DNA of 64,000 nt. Source: Gemmatimonadales bacterium (GTDB taxonomy: Bacteria > Gemmatimonadota > Gemmatimonadetes > Gemmatimonadales > GWC2-71-9). The position numbers and the translations under genes were made by a program. The notes under the pieces were generated by a model that saw only the letters and a list, made by a program, of their open reading frames with translations, was not told the origin of the DNA and did no database searches. The stretch is from the NCBI GenBank assembly GCA_037189525.1, contig JBBCJC010000005.1:640001-704000 (forward strand). The letters are read 5' to 3'. This document shows, piece by piece, positions 10,330 to 19,589 of the stretch. Every line of letters begins with the position of its first letter. Position 1 is the first letter of the stretch.

Positions 10330-11106
10330 TCAATATCGGAGCGCGAGCCAGACGAAACTTCCAAGACCGACCGCCACGACCGCCCGGTGGACCCAGACAG
10401 GACCGACCCGCTGCGCCAGCAATGATCCGCCGTAGCCTCCCGCCAGACTCCCGATCGCCATCGCAAAGGCCACCGGCCACAGCACCACGCCACCACCGGC
10501 AAAGAGAAGCCCGGCCGCGATGGTCGTCAGCAGTCCGCCCCAGGACTTGAGGCCATTCATCTCATGGATGTCGGTAAAGCCGAGGATGCCGAGAACGGCC
10601 AGCATGATGATGCCCATCCCCGCGCCAAAGTACCCGCCATAGACGCCCACGAGGAACTGGGATACGATGAACGCCGGCCCCGCTCGAACCGCCTGGTGGG
10701 CCTCTCCCGATGCGCCCTGGCGCCGGCGGAGCCATCGCACGACCGGCCCCTGAACCATGAAGAGCGCGGTCGCACCGAGGACCAGGAACGGTACCACGCG
10801 GCTGAAGGTCTGTGATCCGGTCACCAGCACGAGCCACCCGCCGGTCAATCCGCCCAGCACGCTCGGCACGCTGAACGGAACCAGCCACGATCGGTTCCGG
10901 GCGAGTTGCGCCCGATAGCCCCAGGCGCCGCCTAACGCGCCGGTCAGGAGCGACAGGCGACTGGTGGCGTTGGCCACCAGCGGATCGACTCCCAGCGCGA
11001 CGATCATCGGGAAGGTCACCAGCGTCCCTCCGCCGGCCACCGAATTGATGGCCGCGCCGAGGGCCGCCGAGAGGGCGGCGATGAAGAGGACACCGGCCTC
11101 GGGCAC
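10330..11106 (-). CDS. Sulfite exporter TauE/SafE family membrane protein
   Basis: AINSVAGGGTL, ANAT and GVYGGYFGAGMG motifs; GTG start just after the stop of the upstream ORF. Confidence 0.85.
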   Translation of the reverse strand: MPEAGVLFIAALSAALGAAINSVAGGGTLVTFPMIVALGVDPLVANATSRLSLLTGALGGAWGYRAQLARNRSWLVPFSVPSVLGGLTGGWLVLVTGSQTFSRVVPFLVLGATALFMVQGPVVRWLRRRQGASGEAHQAVRAGPAFIVSQFLVGVYGGYFGAGMGIIMLAVLGILGFTDIHEMNGLKSWGGLLTTIAAGLLFAGGGVVLWPVAFAMAIGSLAGGYGGSLLAQRVGPVWVHRAVVAVGLGSFVWLALRY

Positions 11107-11108
11107 GC

Positions 11109-11369
11109 TTATCCCCGCATCCGGCGAACGACGGTATTGGGCGACCAGGTGGTTCGGACCCACCGGCCGGCCGCATCCAGCACCGCCACCGTCACGGACC
11201 CGCTGCCTCGGCTCACCACCTTACCTTCGAGCGAAAGGCCGTCGACGAAAAAGCGGTCGCCCGAGGCCAGATCGTTGACCGCACAGGGCGGATCCAGCCG
11301 GACTTCGAGTCCGAGCGTGAGCTGCGCGGTCGGGCCGCGATCGGCGGCCAGATGGTAGATATCGCCCAT
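11109..11369 (-). CDS. Small hypothetical protein (86 aa)
   Basis: Fills the gap; stop lies 2 nt before the tauE start; globular-looking composition. Confidence 0.55.
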   Translation of the reverse strand: MGDIYHLAADRGPTAQLTLGLEVRLDPPCAVNDLASGDRFFVDGLSLEGKVVSRGSGSVTVAVLDAAGRWVRTTWSPNTVVRRMRG

Positions 11370-11471
11370 GACGGCAGGGAAAGTAATTAAGTTTGGCCAC
11401 GCTCGCGGTCCGGTCGTGGCCGGCCGTGGCGCACACCGTCAATGTCGTCTCTCACTTCGATGGGCTCTCTC

Positions 11472-12653
11472 ATGTCCAACCGCTCCCTCGGACCGTCGAC
11501 GCATGCCGTTTGGGCCGGCGAAACCGATCGCGACAATACCGCACACGCTACGCAGGTACCGATCGTCCTCAGCGCCTCGTTCGGCTATGCCGACCTCGAT
11601 CAATGGCGCGACGTGGCCACCGGCAAACGACCGGGGCACAACTACAGCCGGAATACCAATCCGACCGTGGCGGTGCTCGAGGAGAAAATCCGGATTCTGG
11701 AAGGCGGCGAAGCGGCCACCAGTTTCGCGAGCGGCATGGCGGCGGTCAGCGGCACGCTCTTCGGATTGCTCAAGCCGGGCGATCGGGTCGTCACGGTCAA
11801 GGATACGTACGGCGGCACGACCCGTCTCTTCATCGAATTCCTGCCGCGATGGGGCGTGACGGTGCGACAGGTCGACACCACCGACCACGACGCCATCGAG
11901 CGTGAGATCCGGGCCGGCTGCACCCTGCTCTATCTCGAAACGCCGACCAACCCGACGCTCAAGGTTCTCGATATCGAGCGGCTGGCCAAAGCGGGACACG
12001 CCGCGGGCGCCATCGTGGTGGTCGACAACACTTTCGGCACCCCGATCAACACCAACCCGCTCGCGCTGGGCGCCGACCTGGTACTCCACAGCGCCACCAA
12101 GTTCCTCTGCGGCCACGAAGACGCCTTGGGCGGAGTGCTCACCGGCAAGGCCGAACTGATCAAGCAGGTGTATCAGTACCGCGAGATCCACGGCGCCGTG
12201 CTGGGAGCGGATGCGGCATATCGCATCATCCGGGGAATGAAGACGCTGGCGCTCCGGGTGCGGCATCAGAACACGTCGGCCCTGGCGATTGCGACCTTCC
12301 TGTCGCAGCACCCCGCCGTGGCGCGCGTCTTCTATCCCGGCCTGCCAAGTCACGAGGGCCATGCGATTGCCCGGCGGCAGATGCGCGGCTTCGGCGGCGT
12401 GCTGAGTTTCGAACTCGCGGCCGGCGGCAAGGATCTGAAGCGATTCCTGGGCGCCCTCGGGATCGCGTACTGCGCACCGAGCCTGGGCGCGGTACAGACG
12501 CTGGCGGGCGTGCCGGCCACGACCAGCCATGTCGAGTGTACCGCGGAAGAGCGGGTCGCCATGGGTATTCCGGAAAGCCTGGTGCGCTACTCGGTGGGCA
12601 TCGAAGACACGGACGATCTGATTGCCGACCTGTCGGCCGCGCTCGGAGGCTGA
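11472..12653 (+). CDS. PLP-dependent transsulfuration enzyme (cystathionine gamma-synthase/lyase family)
   Basis: YSRNTNPT, FASGMAA, ETPTNP, VDNTF, HSATKF (PLP lysine) and SLG motifs; start could be 11442. Confidence 0.9.
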   Translation: MSNRSLGPSTHAVWAGETDRDNTAHATQVPIVLSASFGYADLDQWRDVATGKRPGHNYSRNTNPTVAVLEEKIRILEGGEAATSFASGMAAVSGTLFGLLKPGDRVVTVKDTYGGTTRLFIEFLPRWGVTVRQVDTTDHDAIEREIRAGCTLLYLETPTNPTLKVLDIERLAKAGHAAGAIVVVDNTFGTPINTNPLALGADLVLHSATKFLCGHEDALGGVLTGKAELIKQVYQYREIHGAVLGADAAYRIIRGMKTLALRVRHQNTSALAIATFLSQHPAVARVFYPGLPSHEGHAIARRQMRGFGGVLSFELAAGGKDLKRFLGALGIAYCAPSLGAVQTLAGVPATTSHVECTAEERVAMGIPESLVRYSVGIEDTDDLIADLSAALGG

Positions 12654-12655
12654 CC

Positions 12656-13333
12656 ATGCCGAGCACGTTCCGCTGGAGCCCGATGCTGTTCGCGTTGGGC
12701 GCAGCCGCCCTGCTCGGTGCCTGCGCAAAGCGCGACCCGCTGTTGAGCCCTGCGCCGAAAGAGCTCAGCCGCGCGGCACCGGACAGCTTCGATGTCCGGG
12801 TCGAGTCGAGCCGCGGACCGTTCGTCATCCGGGCTCGGCGCGACTGGAGTCCGGCCGGGGTCGACCGCTTCCACTATCTGGTGCGCAACCGCTACTACGA
12901 TGAGACGCGATTCTTTCGGGTCGTGAGCGGTTTCGTGGTGCAGTGGGGCATCCCCGGTGTCCCGGCCGTTGCCGCCGCCTGGGAAAATCGCACCATTCCG
13001 GATGAACCGGTCAAGGCGAGTAACGTGCGCGGGCGGCTCTCGTACGCGCGTGGAGGCCCCGACACCCGGGGCACTCAGCTGTTCATCAACCTGGCCGACA
13101 ATGCCCGCCTCGACTCGACCGGCGGCTTCGGCTTTCCGCCGATCGGCGAAGTGGTCGATGGTATGGCAGTGGTCGATTCGCTCAACGCGGAGTACGGTGG
13201 GACCAACACGGACCGGAAGCCCGGACCATCACAGGCGGAGATCCGGTCGGAAGGCAATGCCTATCTGACTCGGGAGTTCCCGCGCCTCGATTTCATTCGC
13301 ACGGCCCGGATCGTACGGAGCTGGCGAAAATAA
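12656..13333 (+). CDS. Cyclophilin-type peptidyl-prolyl cis-trans isomerase, lipoprotein
   Basis: LLGAC lipobox; FFRVVSGFVVQWG and TQLFINL motifs. Confidence 0.88.
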   Translation: MPSTFRWSPMLFALGAAALLGACAKRDPLLSPAPKELSRAAPDSFDVRVESSRGPFVIRARRDWSPAGVDRFHYLVRNRYYDETRFFRVVSGFVVQWGIPGVPAVAAAWENRTIPDEPVKASNVRGRLSYARGGPDTRGTQLFINLADNARLDSTGGFGFPPIGEVVDGMAVVDSLNAEYGGTNTDRKPGPSQAEIRSEGNAYLTREFPRLDFIRTARIVRSWRK

Positions 13334-13335
13334 GA

Positions 13336-13908
13336 TCAGCGGGGCTGCGCAGGCTGATAGACCCTGCGCCATTCGAGCTTGCGCACCCCTCCCTCCGCCG
13401 TGATGTCGACCACCAGCAAGCCGCTGGTCGGATCGACCCGATAGCGCTCCTTGACCGTCATCCGCCCGGCTTTGCGCTCGAGTTCCAGGCGGCCGTCCTT
13501 CCAGCGCGCCGTCGTTCGGGTGACCACAGCGCCGACGGTATCGACCGACGCCCGTTTGCCGTCCAGGAAGAGCGTCTCCGGCGGCCGCAGATCGGCGCCG
13601 ACTGCGATGGTCGAATCACTCAGCTCGATCGCCAGTTGCCGGGGCGCCCGAAACTGCTCGAGCAACTCCCGCGTCTCGGCCGGCGACCGTTCCTCCCGTC
13701 CACCAAACCGACCCCGAATGCCCCCGGCGCCAGGCTGGAGCCCGCCACTCCGCCGACGCCCGAGTTGGTCGCCGGGCTGCTCACTCCGGTCCGGATCGAA
13801 GCGCCATGAGCCGGCCAGGGTCGGCACAGAATCGGTCGGCCCCGGCCGTATCTCGGCCTGACCAGTGGCAATCGACGTCAACGTCAGTACCGTCAACAGC
13901 AGCATCAT
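13336..13908 (-). CDS. Hypothetical secreted protein
   Basis: Signal peptide, lipocalin-like LAGSWRFD start, Gly/Arg-rich loop. Confidence 0.65.
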   Translation of the reverse strand: MMLLLTVLTLTSIATGQAEIRPGPTDSVPTLAGSWRFDPDRSEQPGDQLGRRRSGGLQPGAGGIRGRFGGREERSPAETRELLEQFRAPRQLAIELSDSTIAVGADLRPPETLFLDGKRASVDTVGAVVTRTTARWKDGRLELERKAGRMTVKERYRVDPTSGLLVVDITAEGGVRKLEWRRVYQPAQPR

Positions 13909-14032
13909 GAATCACTCGGAATCTGGAAACACCTGCGGGACCTGAACAGTACCAGGACAGACGGAACCGGGCAGCCAATGTTAAGCCCGCAATGCAGAGC
14001 GACGATCGAGGCGGTACCACCCCGCACTGCCG

Positions 14033-14683
14033 TCATTTCGCCCCGCCCCGATGGGACGTCCGACCTGAACGCCGCGGACGCCGACTCGAGACCGGCACGC
14101 GGCGATACGGACCAAGCGCGATCGCGAGATCGCGCCGCAGCCAGACCTCCGGCGTCCCCTCGCGGAAGAAGGCATGCGCGAGCATCGACCCGCTCACGAC
14201 CGCATGCACCAGCCGGGCCAGCGCGTCGGCATCGGTATCGTCACGGAGTTCTCCCACGCTGACCGCTTCTTCGATCCAGCTCACCAGCGCCCGCCGAGTG
14301 GCCACCGCATGTTCCCGGACGTGGGCAAACATCTCGGGATCGGTCAGATCCAGTTGCAGGTAGGCCAGGTGGTGCGCCAGCGTTGCCGGCGTCTCGGCCA
14401 TCCCGGCCACGCTCGCTGCGTATGATTCCAGCGCGCCAAGCGGCGATCCTGCCTCGGCACGCAGGGCGCGAAGCATCACGTCCGCGCCCCCCGCAAAGCG
14501 AGCGGAAAAAGCGCGCATCAGGCCCAGCTTCGAGCCGAAACGCTGGACCAGCGCGCCGGCCGTAATCCCGGCCTCCCGGCCGACCAGCGCCAGAGTCAGT
14601 TCGGCGGGCTCGACCCGACCCATAACCCGATGCAGCGCATCGAAGACGGCGTCGTCGGATACCTTACGCGGACGAGGACTCAC
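14033..14683 (-). CDS. TetR/AcrR family transcriptional regulator
   Basis: N-terminal HTH (VGREAGITAGALVQRFGSK); divergent from the SDR gene. Confidence 0.88.
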   Translation of the reverse strand: MSPRPRKVSDDAVFDALHRVMGRVEPAELTLALVGREAGITAGALVQRFGSKLGLMRAFSARFAGGADVMLRALRAEAGSPLGALESYAASVAGMAETPATLAHHLAYLQLDLTDPEMFAHVREHAVATRRALVSWIEEAVSVGELRDDTDADALARLVHAVVSGSMLAHAFFREGTPEVWLRRDLAIALGPYRRVPVSSRRPRRSGRTSHRGGAK

Positions 14684-14708
14684 CGGGCTGGCTCAAACAT
14701 CATGGGAC

Positions 14709-14759
14709 TTGACCATTTTCTAAATCGTCGTTTAGATAATAACTATATCGTCGTTTAGA
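14709..14759. promoter_or_regulatory. Tandem TetR-type operators in the divergent tetR/SDR promoter region
   Basis: TCTAAA-tcgtcg-TTTAGA (14719-14736) and a second copy CTATA-tcgtcg-TTTAGA (14743-14759); TTGACC at 14709. Confidence 0.65.
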
Positions 14760-14778
14760 ATCATAACGGGAGGGAGCC

Positions 14779-15708
14779 ATGCCGACCCGGAAACGGACCC
14801 GAAAGCTGGTGGCAGTCGTCATGGGCGGAAGCCGCGGGGCCGGACGCGGCATTACCCTCGCCCTGGGCGATGCGGGCGCGACCGTCTATGTGGCCGGCCG
14901 AACCAGGCGCGGAGGCCCTGCCCCGCGAGATAGCGCTCCAGGCACGATCGACGATACGGCGGACGAGGTCAGCGCCCGGGGCGGCCAAGGCATCGCCGTC
15001 CCGACCGATGCCACCGACCCGGGCCAGGTCGCGGCCCTCTTCGAACGGGTTGCCGCCGAGCAGGACGGGCTCGACCTCCTGGCCAATGCCGTCTGGGGCG
15101 CGGCCGACGGAGCGGACTCGGCGGCCGAATCGATGGCCGCCTGGAACACCCCGTTCTGGGAGCTGCCGGCCACCATCTGGCGCCACCAGATGGACGGCGG
15201 CCCGACAGCTTATTTCCTCGCCAGCCGCGAGGCGCTCCGCCTGATGGTCCCCAAGCGGCGCGGGCTGATCGTGGGGGTGACGGACGGCTTCTTGGAGGGC
15301 ACACCCGAGACCGTCTTGAACGGAGATCGCTTCGGGGAGTACTCCGGCAACCTGCTCTGGGACCTCTCCCACGTCACCATCAACCGTCTGATGGCCACCA
15401 TCGCGGCCGACGCCAAGCGGCATCGGATCGCGGTCATTACGCTGATGCCTGGATTCATGCAGACCGAGCGGGTGGCCAGGACCATGACGTCCGACGCGAT
15501 CCGGCGTCAGTTCCGCTATGACCTGAGCGAATCGACCGAGTACCTCGGGCGGGCGGTTGCTGCGCTGGCCGCCGATCGCAAAGTGCTGAGCAAGACCGGG
15601 AGGATCCACTTCGTCGCCGACCTGGCGCGGGAGTATGGTTTTACCGACATCGATGGCGTACAGGTGCCGAGGTTCAACCCGTTCGGGGCTACGCCCGCGA
15701 AGACCTGA
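14779..15708 (+). CDS. Short-chain dehydrogenase/reductase (DHRS1-like)
   Basis: GGSRGAGRG NAD(P)-binding motif, LLANAVWG, SESTEYLGRAV; SD GGGAG. Confidence 0.85.
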   Translation: MPTRKRTRKLVAVVMGGSRGAGRGITLALGDAGATVYVAGRTRRGGPAPRDSAPGTIDDTADEVSARGGQGIAVPTDATDPGQVAALFERVAAEQDGLDLLANAVWGAADGADSAAESMAAWNTPFWELPATIWRHQMDGGPTAYFLASREALRLMVPKRRGLIVGVTDGFLEGTPETVLNGDRFGEYSGNLLWDLSHVTINRLMATIAADAKRHRIAVITLMPGFMQTERVARTMTSDAIRRQFRYDLSESTEYLGRAVAALAADRKVLSKTGRIHFVADLAREYGFTDIDGVQVPRFNPFGATPAKT

Positions 15709-15950
15709 CCCGGCCGACAGTCAGTCAGCGCCGGAATGCCAAGCTCGAGCTGGAAACGTCGCGTCATGCTGCACCAGGATTGTCCCGGAGTCTGACCGAT
15801 GCAGAGCGATCGCAGCGGCTGGACCGCCGATCAGCAAATACCAGTAACGCCGAGCGACGCTCCTGGGCCAACAGCCACAGGACAGCCACACGGAGGATCG
15901 GATGATGAACGAGCGATTTGTAAACGGAGGAGTGACAACGACTTCTGAAG

Positions 15951-16022
15951 AGCCAGCGGTCGGGATTGAACCGACGACCGCTCGATTACGAATCGAGTGC
16001 TCTACCACTGAGCTACGCTGGC
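15951..16022 (-). tRNA. tRNA-Thr(CGT)
   Basis: Cloverleaf; anticodon arm CTCGA-TTCGTAA-TCGAG; GGTTCAA T-loop; no encoded CCA. Confidence 0.95.
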
Positions 16023-16064
16023 GTTTTGTCCCGTAACGCCACTCTTGCCGGCGCCGTAAACCTA

Positions 16065-16146
16065 TGCCCTGACTCGGATTCGAACCGAGATGCCTTTCGG
16101 CACTACCCCCTCAAGATAGCGTGTCTACCAGTTTCACCATCAGGGC
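16065..16146 (-). tRNA. tRNA-Leu(GAG)
   Basis: Anticodon arm CTATC-TTGAGGG-GGTAG; long variable arm TGCC-GAAA-GGCA. Confidence 0.95.
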
Positions 16147-16155
16147 GCGGGCAAC

Positions 16156-16184
16156 ATTATACGTTACTTGGACTTACCGGTCAA
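16156..16184 (-). promoter_or_regulatory. Sigma70 promoter of the tRNA-Leu/tRNA-Thr pair
   Basis: Minus strand reads TTGACC-N17-TATAAT, ending 9 nt upstream of tRNA-Leu. Confidence 0.85.
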
Positions 16185-16204
16185 TCGCCCAACGGGGCCG
16201 GAGT

Positions 16205-16750
16205 TCAGTCCCGCCGCCCGCCAAACCGCCGGGTTATTCCAGCCGTCAGATCCACCGCGGTCTGCCGAAACGGGTCGATCGACCGCACCCGCACCTCGCC
16301 GCGCAGACCCCAGTCTCCCATCAGAATCCTGGCGCCACCGGCCCAGTGCAAGGTCGCATAGGTGAAGCCACGCCCCGACAGGTACTCGGTAAAACCGACC
16401 CCGACACCCGTGTAGGGACGCACCGGACCAACCGGCAGCTGGGCCTGAAAGCTCACCTCGGGCAACAGATACTCGATCCGGCCGGCCGCCTGTGAACGGT
16501 AGCTGAGAAAGGTGATCCCGGGCTCGACCAGCAGGAATCGCCCGACCGGCACATCGAACCGCAGTCCGCCCGTCACGCCGTTGCCATCGGCTCCCTGATC
16601 GATACGGGAAATCCCGCCCACGAAGCTCACCGCCGATCGAGGGCGGTCCGCATCGTCATCCTCTCGTGACCAGCGACTCTGCGCAGCAAGACTCGACGAT
16701 GCCCCCGCGGCGAGGAGCCCCACCAGGAGCCATGGCGTGGCCCTGGTCAT
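16205..16750 (-). CDS. Outer-membrane beta-barrel protein (8-stranded OmpA/OmpW-like)
   Basis: Signal peptide, alternating beta strands, RPYTGVGVG. Confidence 0.7.
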   Translation of the reverse strand: MTRATPWLLVGLLAAGASSSLAAQSRWSREDDDADRPRSAVSFVGGISRIDQGADGNGVTGGLRFDVPVGRFLLVEPGITFLSYRSQAAGRIEYLLPEVSFQAQLPVGPVRPYTGVGVGFTEYLSGRGFTYATLHWAGGARILMGDWGLRGEVRVRSIDPFRQTAVDLTAGITRRFGGRRD

Positions 16751-17175
16751 TGGCGGCGCAGCGTCAGGGTAAAGGAACCGCTCTCATCAGTGCGCTGGAT
16801 GACCACGTACGCATTCAGCTGGGGCGGATTGGCCGTGAAGCGGAGCTCATTGAGGTAGCCCGACGGGCTTTGGTACTTGAAGAGCAGCACATCATCACTG
16901 TGAATCGAGTAGGTCCCCGTGATCGCTTCATCGATCGGACGGTCCTGCACCCCGCCCACAGAAGGCACCACGAGCCGGCCACCCAGCGTTCCGTCGGGAT
17001 TGACGTCGAGATCGACCGACGCTCCGCGCGCCAGCATGTCGGTGACGACGCCGTTGAGTTCGATCCGGAACCGGATCGCCTCATACGAGCCGGTAATCTC
17101 CGACGGGTCGACTCCACCGCATCCCGCAGCCAGCAGCACACCCGCGAACGCAACATTACGCCAGATTGCCCTCAT
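16747..17175 (-). CDS. Hypothetical lipoprotein
   Basis: LLAAGC lipobox; SD GGAGG; ATGA overlap with the downstream gene. Confidence 0.7.
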   Translation of the reverse strand: MRAIWRNVAFAGVLLAAGCGGVDPSEITGSYEAIRFRIELNGVVTDMLARGASVDLDVNPDGTLGGRLVVPSVGGVQDRPIDEAITGTYSIHSDDVLLFKYQSPSGYLNELRFTANPPQLNAYVVIQRTDESGSFTLTLRRQ

Positions 17176-17204
17176 GCCCTTCCTCCATCGCAGACCGTAA
17201 CTAT

Positions 17205-17257
17205 CGATGAAGGCCGCCCGTGTCGCGAGCGGCCTTCATCGTGACGAGATCGTCACG
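17205..17257. repeat. Two adjacent inverted repeats (13-bp stem hairpin and 18-bp palindrome)
   Basis: CGATGAAGGCCGC...GCGGCCTTCATCG (17205-17241); CGTGACGA-ga-TCGTCACG (17240-17257). Confidence 0.55.
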
Positions 17258-17358
17258 TAGGAATAGGGGGTGCGGCGGTAGAACGGAAGCCCGGTCTTGT
17301 CGGAGACGCGTGGTTTGTTTGTGCTCCCGCCCTACCGTCGCACCCGCGAAATCTGGGG

Positions 17359-17994
17359 TCAGCGGCCCGGCTGCAGTGTGAGCGCCACGCCCACGGTCAG
17401 CAGCCGATTGTGGAACGTCGGGAGGAGCTCTCCCACATCATTCCGAATTTGCGACCGATGCTGCATCAGATCGATGGTCGGCGTGAGATAGAGCGACCGA
17501 CTCAGTCGAATCTCATAGCCGGCGCCCACGGTCCATCCGAAACCGTCCTCGTGCAAATCCGTACCGTCGACGTCTTCGCCCGACCGGGTGAGACCGACAC
17601 CAGTCTTGAGGAACAGGCCGGCGGTCCGAATCGGGTAGATCTGCCCGATCATGAAGACGCCACCGAGGTAGCTGCGTACGTTGCCTTCGACCTCCGCATC
17701 GTATCGCGAATCGGTCCAGCCGGTGATTTCGCCGCCCAGTCGGAGATACGGATTGACCGTGCCGCCCAGACGCAGATTGAAGGTGGGCTTGGTGAGCCCC
17801 TCCGTGTATTCGGTGGCAGGCTCGAGCCGGCTCGACTCGGTGCCGGCTCCGAGACCCAGATTGAGCCAGAAACCGCGCCGTTCGCTGCTCGGCGTCACAT
17901 CCACCAGACCTCGCCGGCGCTGAGCTTCGGCGCCATGCACGGCCGCAACGGACAACGCGAGCGCGAGAGCAGTACCTACGATTCGAGAGCGCAT
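17359..17994 (-). CDS. Outer-membrane beta-barrel protein
   Basis: Signal peptide ending AEA; GFGWTVGAGYEIRL strand pattern; SD GAGGAAAG. Confidence 0.72.
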   Translation of the reverse strand: MRSRIVGTALALALSVAAVHGAEAQRRRGLVDVTPSSERRGFWLNLGLGAGTESSRLEPATEYTEGLTKPTFNLRLGGTVNPYLRLGGEITGWTDSRYDAEVEGNVRSYLGGVFMIGQIYPIRTAGLFLKTGVGLTRSGEDVDGTDLHEDGFGWTVGAGYEIRLSRSLYLTPTIDLMQHRSQIRNDVGELLPTFHNRLLTVGVALTLQPGR

Positions 17995-18177
17995 AGTTCA
18001 CTTTCCTCACGGTATCGACGCTGAAAAACGCTTCGATGACGGGAACCAGCCATCGCAAGCAGCGGGCCGAACTTTTCGAATCCCGTTATCTTATTGCTGG
18101 AGCACGACTTACTGCCACAACGGTCGCCCCGACCAGGAGCTGTCCCTGACCTGATGTCCACTTTTGTTGACACCCGA

Positions 18178-18915
18178 ATGTCCTCAGGAAGGAAATCCCT
18201 CCTCCTGCTCACCGTCCTCGTCGCGGCCGGCTGCGCCGGACTCGGTGTCTGGCAGCTTTCGCGACTGGCCGAGCGGCAGGAGCGCAATGCGCTGGCCCTG
18301 GCCCAGCGGGACCTGCCGGTCGTCGACTTGAACCGGATGTCGCTGCCCGAGCCGGTCAGCTACCGGCGGGTGACCATCTCGGGGATCTACGATTTCGAAG
18401 GCGAACTGGTCATTCGGGGCCGGCTGCTGCGTGGCAATCCCGGTGTGCAGATCGTCACCCCCATCCGCATCGCAGGCAGCGACACGGCCGTGCTGATCAA
18501 TCGCGGTTTCGTGCCGACACCGGATGCCGGATTTCCCGCCAGCTCCGCCGGATACCGCGAAGACCCCGCAGCCGACATCGCGGGCATTGCAGTGGCCGTC
18601 CCGGACGAGGGCGATGGCGCGCCGCTCGACACTCCCAAAGGCGAGACCTGGCGACGACTCGACCTGACGGCCCTCCGCGCGCGCTATCCCTATCCGATCG
18701 CGTCGTATTATGTACTGATTGAAGTCGATACGCTGGCGACCCGCGACCACACCATCCGCGGGCGAGTGCTGCCGGTTCGGGTGGAACCGCCGCCGCTCGA
18801 CGACGGGCCCCATCTCTCCTACGCGTTGCAGTGGTTTATGATCGGCGGGGCGGCGCTCGGATTCGGACTCGTCTTCATCCGGCGACGGCGGCCGGTGTCA
18901 CCCGTACCGGATTGA
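18178..18915 (+). CDS. SURF1 family cytochrome oxidase biogenesis protein
   Basis: LGVWQLSR, INRGFVP and HLSYALQWF motifs. Confidence 0.9.
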   Translation: MSSGRKSLLLLTVLVAAGCAGLGVWQLSRLAERQERNALALAQRDLPVVDLNRMSLPEPVSYRRVTISGIYDFEGELVIRGRLLRGNPGVQIVTPIRIAGSDTAVLINRGFVPTPDAGFPASSAGYREDPAADIAGIAVAVPDEGDGAPLDTPKGETWRRLDLTALRARYPYPIASYYVLIEVDTLATRDHTIRGRVLPVRVEPPPLDDGPHLSYALQWFMIGGAALGFGLVFIRRRRPVSPVPD

Positions 18916-18950
18916 GCAGACCCAGGCTGCGCAGCCGCTCGCTGTGCAGA

Positions 18951-19352
18951 TCAGCGCGCGGCGGAGTCGGCGGCCTTCCGGCGGGTCCGCTTGGGCGGGT
19001 GATACGGAAAGACTTCCTGCAATTCGGGGCGTTCGAGAAACTCGGGACAGATGGTCCGGTCGTACTCGTACGGTCCGCCGGTCTCGGCATCGAACCAGGG
19101 AAAGCCGCGGCAGACCGCGGGATAGTATGGCTTGTCGTGAATCGAGCATCCCTGGCCGACAAAGAAGATGCAGCGGCCGCCCTTGATCCGGGTCCGCAGC
19201 TCTCCCCAGCGGGTCTCGTAGACCTTGCCCTCGCCATGGTCGGCCTTGATGGCCGCCGCCTCTTCCTCGCTCACCGTCGCGCCCCAACTGCAGCAGATGG
19301 ACTGATGCGGACACGGATAACACGGCAACTGAGGCAACGGCACCGAATTCAT
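18951..19352 (-). CDS. YkgJ-family (CxxCxxCC-like) zinc/iron-chelating cysteine-cluster protein
   Basis: CYPC...CC, CIFF, CSIH...PAVCRGFP. Confidence 0.75.
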   Translation of the reverse strand: MNSVPLPQLPCYPCPHQSICCSWGATVSEEEAAAIKADHGEGKVYETRWGELRTRIKGGRCIFFVGQGCSIHDKPYYPAVCRGFPWFDAETGGPYEYDRTICPEFLERPELQEVFPYHPPKRTRRKAADSAAR

Positions 19353-19458
19353 GGATCCGCGAGGGAACGGGGGAGAAGGAACGCGATGGCGGGCGCCGTA
19401 CGCAGGGCGCGCGACCGTTTGACTATCGCCGTGAATCGGCTGAGATTATACCCCGCCA

Positions 19459-19532
19459 GCGTCCGTAGCTCAATTGGATAGAGCATCAGACTTCGGATCT
19501 GAGGGTTGGGGGTTCGAGTCCCTCCGGGCGCA
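19459..19532 (+). tRNA. tRNA-Arg(TCG)
   Basis: Anticodon arm TCAGA-CTTCGGA-TCTGA; D-loop TTGGATA with A20; GGTTCGA T-loop. Confidence 0.93.
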
Positions 19533-19589
19533 TCGATCGATTCCAGGGGCGGGCCCGAGCCCCTCCGCAAGCAAGATCGCGTTGCTATC

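Noticed and set aside
11370..11471. SAM riboswitch upstream of the transsulfuration gene
   Set aside because: The region is short and lacks recognisable SAM-I or SAM-II core sequences.
15721..16008. 95-aa ORF downstream of tRNA-Thr
   Set aside because: It starts inside the tRNA and has no SD or motif; a shorter peptide cannot be excluded but is unsupported.
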